DNA from: Callorhinchus milii
Lineage: Eukaryota
Direction of reading: 5' to 3'
NCBI RefSeq assembly: GCF_018977255.1
Contig: NW_024704742.1
Coordinates: 1,180,001-1,244,000 of the forward strand
DNA length: 64,000 bases
Positions 24,256-36,200 of this stretch are shown here, piece after piece; the stretch's first letter is position 1, and each line of letters opens with the position of its first letter. The translations under genes and the position numbers were made by a program. Below the pieces are notes generated by a model. It ran no database searches. It was not told the DNA's origin and saw only the letters and a list, made by a program, of their open reading frames with translations.

Positions 24256-27200
24256 ATGGGTGCCAGAGTAGAGTTGTTGTGTTGGGGATATACCAATTTG
24301 GGACAGCTCGGTCTGGGCGATGTGGTTGAGAACATAATTGTTCAGCCGAGGACGTGTGAATTCTTCAGCAGTAAAAGCGTGCAGGAGGTGGCCTGCGGAA
24401 GATATCACACGGCATTCGTTTTGCAAGACGGAAGCGTCTATACGTGCGGCTCAAACAACTGGGGACAGCTGGGTCACGAAAAGGAAGGATACAGGCCAGG
24501 TAAATGATCATCTAGACCTCTGCTCAGCCGTTTTGTATCTGCTGACATTTTTTCGTCCACGCTGTTCTTCAGGGTGTGAAAGTGCTGGGGACGTGCGGAC
24601 CCTGTAATGTGTCTGTTTAGAACCGGCCTCGTTAAACTCTGAAGATAAGAAAGACTCGCAGCAGTTACGATGGTCCTGAGATCTTTGTCTGGTCCAGATC
24701 ATCAGGCAGATCGTTGTTTCTGGTTTACGTGGAGGCACTCGAGGCACATTGCTGGAAACCGAGAAACCCTTCTGTAATAATAATAATAATAATAATAATG
24801 GTTCTGTACCCACTTCAGCTCCCACCCCCCAGTTCTGGTGCAAAGCTATTATTGGGTCTTCCTCCCAGTGTGAAAAACACTATATCTTCTTAAATCTGGA
24901 ATGTTGCTCTGTGATGGAAATGTGTGCGAAAGACAGAACAGCTCCGCGACCAAACCAGGAATGTTTTTTTTCCTGATACATAGGGTTGAAAATTACTGAA
25001 CGCGTCCTGGAGCTGAGACTTTGCCAGCAGACAGAGGTGCATATCCTTATCATTGATTTCCTGCTATCGATGATAATGATATCAGGAAATGTGCCGGAGA
25101 TGAGAAATGTGATTATAAAAACTGTATACGATGATCACCTAAAAGGTAAACCTGGCCGTCAAAATTCCCATCAATGTCTGGCCGGGAGTATGACACTTCC
25201 CCTTCTTCATCGGGAATCTGAAGTCAAGATGCTGGCGAGCCACAGACCATCAACCTGAAGTGGGTCGGGAGGGGAAGAGAGGTCTTGAGACAGCGGAGTG
25301 AGGGTGGGAGCGAGTTGGAGAGCGTGTGGGCAGATAGGCTGATGGTCGGGCGGGGAACACGAAGCAGGCCAGTGCTCGCCAAGCGAAAGGAAGTGGCTGG
25401 GTTCGATGCGGTGAGCTTTTCTCTGTTTTCCAGACCGGGTTTCACCCCGGTCGGTCACTTCCATCTCAGCTGGGTTTTTTTTTTAACGGAAAAATGCAAT
25501 TCAGGATTTATTTATTTTTAAAAAAGAACCAATTTTCTTTTTTACTTGTCCTCTCCCGTCGCAATTGCAACGAACAAAACGGGTCAAACTGACTGACTGG
25601 GTAAAGATTCTGTTGGGTTTTACGCCCGGCAGCTTCAGCACTTTCAGTCGCTAATGGGATTTCCCATTATAATCGACGCAGATCTGTGTGTGTGTGTCTG
25701 TAATGCTCAATGGAATGTGAACCCTGAGATTTTAACCAGCAGTTAAACCTGTTCTCATGCGCTTGTGACGTGGGTGCTTGAGTTACTTGGTTGGATCCGA
25801 CTGTAAAGTATGTAGCCCAAGATATTACTAAGGTGTCAGCTTAAGGTGTCTCAAGGTAAAGCACTTATAGGTCAATGCAACTCAAGTAAGCAGAAGTAAA
25901 GTCTCCGTGCCAGAGTCTAAAGATAGTTGAGGACAGACACTGTTATAATCTGCACTCAATCCCCTTCCCTGTCTTGAGAATTCAAGCTGTGGTTTGGTTG
26001 AAGATGACATATTGTACTTGCACTTTGTGCGTTACGTGTCACCTGGGGAAATGAGTCTGCCCTTAAACGAAGGTGTTTGCAGAATGAAAATATAACCCTT
26101 TGATCCTCGAGTGCAATGACTCGGTGACTTTCACTTTCAGCATCCGTGCAGACCGAGCGATAGTGCCGGATTACCGCAGTGTTTTGGTTTAAAAATAGTC
26201 ATCACATTTGTATTGTGATTTCAGAATTGATTGCTCCTCAGACAAACAGCAGTAATGGATTGCAGTGAAATACTAAGCTTGGTTCTATTGATTGAAATTA
26301 TGATAAACCTGCTGGTCACGAGGATTATGTCCGTTTTAAAACTGGTCTGATTTTTTTTTGCTTTGCTGACGGAATACAATCAAGAAGGTTCTTTAGCCCC
26401 ATTGGATCTCAACTTTCCAGAATACCCTATTGCCTTTCATCGAGTTGTTGCTTAATTGAGTCCAGAGACCTGAGCTCTGCTTTCCTTCCTGGTAACCTTT
26501 CCAGCTGTTTAATTATCTTCTGTAAAGAAGTACTTCCTGGAAAGGTTACCAGGAACTCACAGCCCTCTATCCTACTGCCCTTAACACCTGCATATTATAC
26601 TGCAGTACAGGGTAGGAGGGAGGGAGGGAGGGCATCCTAAAATATTGTTCTGAAACAAGTAGAATGGTATGATCTCAAATCTAATGTAATTTTAGGATAT
26701 AGCTGATTGGTAAACTGCTTAAACTTCCCTCTTGCAGAATATGTCAAACCAAGGTCCCGTCCCTTCCTGCCCGCCCAGGTGAATGCCAAACATCCCAATG
26801 GCACTACACACAAAGGGAGTCCCTTCTGGCGCCCCCGGCTGAGAATTCCCCCTAATAAAACTGGTAGCTCGCTCCGCCGATGGAGTGCGGTCCAAACTGA
26901 GGTCATTTGGAAAGATGGTTGCAGGACTTTCCTGCCCACGCAGACTGCCACGCCCGTCCACAAAACTCACGTCACATCTCCAGCTAGCTGGCCGGACAGG
27001 AATACTTGAGAAAGTCCCCTTTCAGAACCTGCTTTGCGTTCTTTTCGATCTGAGCAAAAATGTCAGCGCAGCGCTCATCCCAGCACTGCGTTGGAGCGTT
27101 GGCTTGGACTATGTGATTTCAACTCCCAACGTGGGCTTTGAACCCACAACCTTTTGACTCGGAGATGAGAGCGCTACCACTGAGCCAAGCTGACCCCCAA

Positions 27201-30200
27201 TGCAATATTTTTTTATATATATTGCACCAGTGAATCAATCAGTCTGGGTATTGATCGTTAAGCAATTCCAGGCACTGTTCACAAATTAACTTCAGGCCTA
27301 ATGTGGTTCTGTCCCTGTTTTAAAATCATTCTTTCAGCCAAGCGTGTTTGAGGTTTAATTTGACGTAATGCTAATACATGACAGTCCACGTGTCTTTTTC
27401 TTCACGCTCATTAGAACAAGTGAGAGCACTGGACGCACAGACCATTAAACATACGGCTTGTGGCGAGTCCCATACTCTGGCTGTCAACGATCATGGCCAG
27501 GTCTTTGCATGGGGAGCAGGAAAAGATGGACAGCTGGGAATTGATTCCATGGAAGAAACAGTCAGAAAACCAAGGTACTAAATGGGCTTCACAGCCTTCA
27601 ACTGGAAAGGAGTTTCAGAATCCCTTTGTGTTGGATTTAATGTCACGGTAACAAATCGAGCGTTAGAATTTTTTTGTTTGTTTATCTATGTTTTGGATTC
27701 ATTTATTTGGGGGTGCGGGGGGGGGGGGGAGCAGGGGGGAGAAGATGGATGGGTAGTGGAAGCTTACGCAGGTTTTTGCAGGTGCACTCTTACAGATCTA
27801 GTCGCATTCTTGTGGGTCTTCGCTATATAAGATCTCCAAAGGCGCACCCTTAAAGGTATTTATTAATAATGATAATAATAATCGTGATGAACCTTACGTT
27901 AGTTATAGCGGCTTTCACGTGGGGTGGTGACTGCTAAAAGCCACGTGGGAACATAAGAACATGAGAGGTTACTAGGTGAAAGAAGACCTAGATCCATCTA
28001 GTTCGCCTTCCACCACCAGCCTGCAGTCGCTTGACATGTTGTGTCCCAAACTATATACTGTATCCTGAGATATTATTTTCTAGCGGAAATCTGTCTAATT
28101 TGTTCCAGAAACAAACACATTTTTTTACTTTCACCGTCTGCCTAGGGAGCCTGCTCCATAAGTTTTCGACTCGCTCACCGAAGTAGTGCTTCGGCAGATT
28201 TGTTCTGAATTTACCCCCCCAACCTTCAATCACAGACGGTGTCCGCTTGTTCTACTGTTCAGCACAAGATAACTCAGCTTATCGTGGTCTACATTAGACA
28301 ATACAAGGCCTGCAGATGGTGGGGCGGGTCGGGCGGGGGGCGTGGAGCAGGCCGGAGCCTGCTGAGCGGAGGGAGGTTGATAAGGCATCTATTCCCTTCA
28401 GAATCTTAAAGACCGTAATCATATCGTCCCTCAACCTTCTCTTCCCCCGGGTGAACACGCCCAGTTTACCTAATCGCTCCTCCTAGTCCAGTCCCTCCCA
28501 TCCCCTCAATCACGTTGGTTGTCCTCCTCTGTATCCTCTCAATCCCTGCAATATCCTTTTTATATATTGAGGCGAGCAGACAGTATTCCAAGTGCGATGA
28601 CACCAGTGATTTTTAAAGTAGCAGCATTAACCCTCTATTTCAGCTCAATATTGCCTTTTTAATACAGCCCAGCATCTGCTTTTGCCTTATTCCCTGCTAC
28701 CGAGCACTGCAGCGATAGCTTCAATTTATTGTCAATCCGGATCCCCAGGTCCTTTACATTTTCCGTACGGATTATTTTCTTAACACCATTTAAATCGTAG
28801 TCCCTTCCCGGCACTCTACACGAAACGCACTCCCATCGTGTTCAGCAGCAGGCACCTTATTCCCCAGCTAAGACCAAATGCGTAGCAAATGCTGTGTTTG
28901 GAAGCTGGGTATGTTGAGCTGGGTGTTTGCAAAGTTTTTTTTTCTCTTTTATTTTTTTCCCTCCTTGCGCTTCGTCCCTCCGTTTCCTTGACCACGTATT
29001 TTTTTTCTCTTCTTTCAGGTTAGTAAAGTCATTGAGTGGACATGAGGTTACTCAAGTCACCTGTGGAAGCTGGCACTGCATGGCTCTAACTAAAGGTACT
29101 GCAGCAAATGGAGCATTCTCCTTCTACTCCATGGACACAGTAAAACTCTCACCGCACACACGGTGGCATTTCAGTTTCTAATGAGGTCTAATTATGCACC
29201 ACGTGCGAACCATGTGGAAACGCTTGGGATGCCCTCCCGACGTGACAGGCGCTACCTACGTGTAATTTGTCGTTGTTTACGGAGGGAATTACAGGCGCTC
29301 CCCCTGATGTAATTAGCAACTGCTGAAAAGGGCCGGTTGTTCATCACCTAATTAATACATTTCCATTGGTTGTCAGTGTTTACGTTCTTAAGGCAACTGT
29401 AATTTCCTCTCTACGTGTGTTTGTATACGGTTTACACCTGGCACATAATAATCCCCAGCGTGAATGGCTTGCTTCGTGATAGAAAACTTTCGCCAACACC
29501 CCTCTTATGTTGCTCTGCCCACTTCTTACAATGCATCCGGACGATACCTGAGTGTGTTGACTCCCAAAAGCGGTATGTGGTTAGGGTTTGCTGTAGGGAT
29601 TATAATTCAGGCGAGTGTGGATGTGGAGCAGAATGTGAATTTTGATGCAGTGATCTAACAACTGAACTGACTTACTGATACTGGTGAAGTTGAATACCTG
29701 TATTTAATTATCCTCCTGTTTTCTTTCTATCTCCCCCACCCCACCCCCCATTCTGTTCGGCCGTATTATACTGTGGCAGTATGCTGTCAACCGGGATATA
29801 TCTGTACTTCCCATATTTCTTCATTTGTATATTTAACAGATCTCTCATCACTCATCATGACTTATTCTCTAACAATAGCTCTGGTCAGAGGTTTTAAAAA
29901 CTACCAACGATTTATCAGATTAAATAAAGGACCGTTTTTTACCAAAGGTTGTTTCGCCCTAAAATTCAGGATGCGGGTCAGACACCAGTACAAAGGAAAG
30001 GAGTCCGTACAATCAGCTCCGTCACCAATAAATTCAGTTTAAACTGCTCGAGGTCCTCAAGGTTCCTATGCACTTGGTACCTGTGCGCTGTGTTGCAAAG
30101 TGTTTTGGAGCAAGCGCAGTGTTGCCGACGAGACTCGGGTGGCTGAGGAAAGCAAGATTTTGGAACGTATAAACCCCTGTTTTTAGGATTTGCATTTGGT

Positions 30201-33200
30201 GGGCTGCTGTGGGGATTCTCGATAGCACAAAGGGGGGTAAATCTGATTCCTGTTTTTTCAGATGGGCAACTGTTTGCTTGGGGGCAGAACACTCACGGAC
30301 AGCTGGGGCTCGGCCAAGGCATATCCTCCCAGTCCAACCCCCAGTGTTTGAAGACCTTAGTCGGGATCCCTTTAGCGCAGATCACGGCCGGAGGAGCCCA
30401 CAGCTTTGCTCTGTCTCTTTCGGGGGCCGTGTTCAGCTGGGGAAGAAACCACTGTGGACAGCTGGGGCTGAGTGACGAGAAAGGTAACAGAACTGAACGG
30501 CATGCTAAGGGGCTAGACTGGTGTCGATAAGTTTTAAGCGTGCAACCCGAGCACCGTTTGATTTTCTGACCGTCGTTTCCAGTGAGTTGTGAATGCGTCC
30601 GTGCAGTCAGAGAAGCTCTTGAAATGTTGAGCTGGGTGGGGGAAGATTCTCACGCGCTCAATACCATTATGATTCCATGCACTCTGCTCAGCAAATGAGT
30701 GCGTAGATTATATGGTTTCCTGAGCCAATGCCTTTTGCGTTTGGCACACATCATGGATTGACGCGAGACAGCTTCTGTAAGTCTGGCGGGAATCCACTCG
30801 TCTTGGCCCGAGAATTCTGTAGTTTGAAAATGGGAAGTCACGCGAAAGAGTTTCCTACCACCGCTGATAATGATCAGTGTGATAGGTCACAAGTTTTTGC
30901 CCAACGCTAACGTTTGTAGACCGAGGGGAAACCTGAACTTGTGTTTGACTTTACGACCAACTCGCTTGTCTACCGAATTATTTCCTGCACTATTCAGAAG
31001 TTAACGTACTTCCGGAGATTGGAAGCAATAATTGAGGATCCATCGTATCGGATTTCAGCTACTTTGGGTAACCTGTTTCCCAGTGCTGTGCATTGCTTTT
31101 GTTTAATGTCAGGGCTCAAAATGTACATCCATTACAAGCTGTGCGGTTTTAGCTGGTCAGACTCCAGCAGTGCCCAAACCCACACTCTGGGGTCCCCAAG
31201 CCTGGGCTCTTGCCAACCCTACTCCTAATACTTTCTGGAATTAGGTCAGCAGGAAGTGTCCCTCCAGGGAGAGAGAGAGAGCGAGAGGGCGCATTCCATT
31301 CCAATAACCTATCTCTGGGATTTCCATGTGTAGGTGGGTTGCATGGAAATCTCAGTTTGGTTTGGATACTCTTAAGCAACGGTGATGGGTTTCCGCGTGT
31401 GTCAGACACTTGGCTGACCACAAATAAATAACGTTCGCGTGCGTCCTGTAAATCGAATCAGTTTTATCTTTTAACCATTCTAGGATCATGTAATGGTTGA
31501 GAAAAGGAAGATGGCGGGGTGTGGGTACAACTCACGGCAAATGACACCTTGCTCCTCTTGAAAATGATCGTTTTGTTTTCCTACTAGACCGAGATGTTCC
31601 ATTTCATGTGAAGTTCCTGAGGAGCCAAAAGATCGTTCATATCAGTTGCGGGGAAGAGCACACAGCTGCTCTGACAAAGGTAACCGCAAAATATTCGGTT
31701 GTTTTTTTGGGGGGAGGAGGAGGTAAGATGCAGAGGTCAATGGCACCTCCATGCAACTTTGTTGTGTGAACTGTAAATATGGGGTTTGTTTTACATGCCA
31801 GTGCCAACAGTGTTGCTGGTTGATAAGTTGGCATGAGTCCGATTTTTCTTTAAGCTGTCAGTATGATCCATGTGGGATGCCCTCCCGACGTGAAAGGCAC
31901 GATACAAATGTTGATACTTCCCAAGATCACCAGCTGGCTTCATTGTAGAGTCGTGCAGCTCAGTGGTTAGAGCGCTCGCCTCGCAAACTGGAGACCTGGG
32001 TTCGATTCCCGGGCAGGGTGAAATGTCGGGCAAGTTTCCTTACTCCACACGCCTCTCTTTACCCAGCAGTAAGTAGGAACCCGGTTGTCAGTCGATTGGC
32101 GGATCGCTTTTTCGGGAGCAATAATTCCTTCAAAAAAAAATAATAAATTGGTCACTTGATCCGCGACTGTTTGAGGGACACTGCTGTGCACAATTGGCTG
32201 CCTTATTTCGTCCACAAAATATACAGTCAGTTCACTTTAAGTCTCTTCTTTGAAGCGCTTTGAGACAGCTCGAAGACCTGATAAGGTGCTATATCAAATG
32301 AAAGGATTATTATTATTATTAGCTCACGTGAACAGAACACGATTAACTTTTCTGTACAAGCATTACATTTCGAGATTGAAGTATTGGATCAGTTACAGCA
32401 CTGGTTCTGATTTATATTTTCTGTTTATATAAAAAAAAAGACAGCCCTAGATTGAGCTGTTCCTGTAAGAGTGGTATGTTTTGATTGCTTTGGGGGAAAT
32501 TACGTCAGAACAAATGTTTTCTTTCAAATATTAAATATTATCATTAATAGTAGTCTACCGGGCAAGACATCAAGCTCTGGTTGAGCCTTAATTTCTCCAA
32601 CTAAATGTTGATGGACCGAGGCATTTCTACTTAGCTGTCTCCTTATCTTAGGCGCTGACAATATCAATATCCCCTGTTGTTACTCCAGCTCCTAGAGCTT
32701 GGGTGGAATCGTAGAGCTTAGCTTGACCTTCAGGTCTCCTTTAAGCCTTTCATCCGGGCTCTGACCAAATCCACTTTCTTCCAGTCACTAGCCTTGACTG
32801 TTCCCCTGCTCCCCAACTGCATCCTCTACAAACTCTGTCCTCTACATCGGCTGCCGCGTTTCACCCACAAATATACAGTCAATTCACTTTACAGTCTATT
32901 CTATCAAATGTAGGGATTATTATTATTATTCAGAACTCTGCTACCCTCATTTTCTCCCACTCTGGATTCCATGAACCAACCACCTCCATCTCGCTTGATT
33001 CTACCGGCTCCCTGTCCCCAACCAATCAACTTAAAATTCCTTTGTGCCATCAAATATCTCCATGACTTTGGCAAATCTTATCTATGTGATATCCTGTTGT
33101 CCTACTCCTATGCTTATCGCTTCTATTAACTTTGTTTTGCTTCATGGCTTCCCCGCTACCACCACCACCACCACCACCCCGCTACTCCATTTTTACCAGC

Positions 33201-36200
33201 AGAGATTCTTCTAGGAAACATTAAGCTGAATTATGCTGTCTTAACATCTTTCCTTAGAGCGGAGGCGTTTTTACTTTCGGGTCTGGTCTTTGTGGGCAGC
33301 TGGGCCACAACTTCATGAACAATGAAGTCAACCCACGCAGAGTGCAGGAGCTGATGGGCACTGAAGTCTCCCAGATAAGCTGTGGCAGGTACGTGTGCGT
33401 GTATATTGATAGCAAGTCGTGTATATGGCGAGTCAGCTTGAGTGGTTGCCATTATTCGGGTGGAGTTTGCAGGAGCTTGCAGGACGATTGTATTTTATCG
33501 TACTGCAGTGGAGTGATATGATGATAATAGAATAGGGCCCTTGACCCCCGTGCTTGTTGTGTCATGTAGATGCTTTTTGTTTTGGTATATTCCTTCTCCG
33601 TGTTTCCTCAAAGGTAGAGTATCGGTATAACCTTTCATCCTGCGTTATTCATCCATGTTGCCTTCCTTTTGCAACGACCTTTTGAATGTTTCGCTGACCC
33701 AGGAGTACTTCCTTACACTGATGGTTTGATTCCTGTAAGTTGGGCTGGGGGAATGGCGGGAGGGGAGATTGTGGCCGCTTGAATTTTGTGTTTTCTATCA
33801 TTTTAACTCTCCCACCAAATTAAATCTGCCGTCAATTTTCTTGTTTGCACATGAGCAGCGTTACGGTGGATGTGATTCCTGTCATATTTCATGTGAAAAG
33901 GCAATTGAGGGAAAGTACCAGAAGTTTTCCACACTGCGGAGGATTGCTGGGCATTGGAATTTGAATCATTTCCATGCGAGCTTTCACAGGAATGTGGAGT
34001 CCTGTAGCTCAGTGGTTAGAGCGTTCGCCTCGCAAGTGAGAGGACCTGAGTTCAGTTCCCAGTAGGGTGAAACCTTGGGCACGTTTGCTTACTCCACGTA
34101 ACGCCTCCGTTTACCTATCAGTAACAGGAACCTGGTTGTTAGTCGATTGGTGCATCGCTTTTCCGGTGGTAACAATTCCTTCAAAAAATTATAAATAATT
34201 TGGCCACTCAACCCACTACTGTTTGCGGGACAATTGTACGCAACCGGCTGCCGCGTTTCGCCCCACAAAATATACAGTCAACTCATTTTACAATATGCTC
34301 TGTGAAGCGCTTTGAGACATCTCGAAGACGTGATAAGGCGCTGCTTCAAATGTAAGGGGATTATTGTTGTTAAGAATAACGAACTCGCCCTTTGGAGGCA
34401 AGCTGTCAGTGACAGCTTTATGTTTAAAGGTATTCCCCTTGTGCCATCTGCTGGCGTTGTCCTGCTGTTACATTTTAAGGTTGTTCAGTGTGTAGGACTT
34501 CCATCGGGGTATCGCTTGGGAGAAAGGAATGTTGCGTGTGCAGGGATGGAAGATGATTTGGGGAGTTTAGGCTTAATTGACTGAGTTCGGTGACGAGCTT
34601 TTCCCCCAGGAGTTCACGGCTGAGGTGAAACCCATGATTGGGTAGTTTTAGGTAGTGGACTATACAAGGAGCTGGACTGATGGGTGAAACGGTGCATGCT
34701 TTCTTATATTAGAAACCTTTACTCTCTTGCGGGTGCAGCTCCGATGAGATGTCTCTGTTGTTTTGTGATATTGATTTGCCTTTCCTCATCTCAGGCAACA
34801 CACACTTGCTTTTGTTCCTTCTTCTGGGCTAATCTATGCATTTGGACGTGGAAACAGAGGGCAGCTGGGAACTGGCCATACATTCAACGCTCAGGTCCCA
34901 TACAAAATACCTGGAAACTGGGTCCCTTGCAAACAGAAGCTACCTCTGAACGCTGGTAAGTTTAAACTGAGATGTTCGGCTAGCTTTAAATGGCGATATT
35001 GCTGTCAATCCCAAGAACGGTGCTCAGTTTGACTACAATTCCTCTGCTTGTTCAGCAATGAGGTGCGGTGGACAGTACTTCATATCGGGATTCGTATTCA
35101 GTTCAGCATTTCGGAAAAATTGTGCACATAAGCCCATGCTAGTTTACCTGAGAATAAATCCTGCTTGATATATTTCTTCCCAACCTAGCCTCCTTTCCCC
35201 TACTCGGGAAGTTTATATTTTGCAATTATTCATTTTAACTGGATTTATAGCAGTTGTCTTCTTTTGCGATGATTTTAACACAACAGAAATTTACATTTAT
35301 GAAGCACTTTTCATGTTGGCAAGATGTCCAATGGGGGAGGGGGGAGAGAACTTTCTGATGCACCAACGTGAAATGTATTACATTGAAATGTTCCTGTCTT
35401 ACAATGTGTTACAATAGACTGGAAAAGGTTTGCAAAACAAAACGTGTGTGGCAATGGAATGAATAATAATAATCCTTGCATTTGATATAGCCCCTCATCA
35501 TGTCTTTGAGACGTCTCAAAGCGCTTCACAGAACATACTGTAAAGTGAATTGACTGTATATTTTGTGGGCAAAACCCGAAAGGCAATTGCACACAGCAGC
35601 GTCCCCACAAACAGCCGTGGATTGAGCGACCAATTCATTTATTTTTTGGTTAAGATTTACATTCAGTACATTGCTGCATGCTTGTGCATTTAGCATCACT
35701 AAATACCTAAATACTAAATACCTGCTGTATTTCGTTGATAGACCAATCAAAATATTGTGTGCTGAAACATATCTGCAGTGGAGGAGATCAGAACTTCGCA
35801 TTTTGCTTTCACTACAAGGTGAGATGTAACTCAGAAAGTTAAGAGTAAGACTGGTTCAGAGATGTTTCTATATCTGCGCATGAAAATTAGAACAGAGTTC
35901 AGTTTTTATCTGTTGAAGGCTACCGTTCCAGCCACCGTGGGGAGCAGGGAATCTTCTCACTCAGATCCTGTTAACTCTCGAAGCCAAAGCCCTAATGGGT
36001 AGGGTGGTCCTTCTTGAATAAGCAGCATAAATCTTACCAGACAGTGTTGTCAATGCTGTTTTAGCTGTTTAAACTCCAGCAATACCCACACTCTGGGGTT
36101 CCCAAACCTGGACTTTGGCCAACCTGCATTTAATACTGTCCGGAATTAGGTAACCAGGATATGTCCTCGGGGAGAGAGTGCACTTTTCTTTCCAGCCACA

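Noticed and set aside
31946..32015. tRNA-Ala-like gene (A and B boxes, CGC loop); likewise at 3300, 6353, 33994, 58340 and 59151
   Set aside because: No proper acceptor stem, and each continues into a SINE body and tail, so these are SINE heads.
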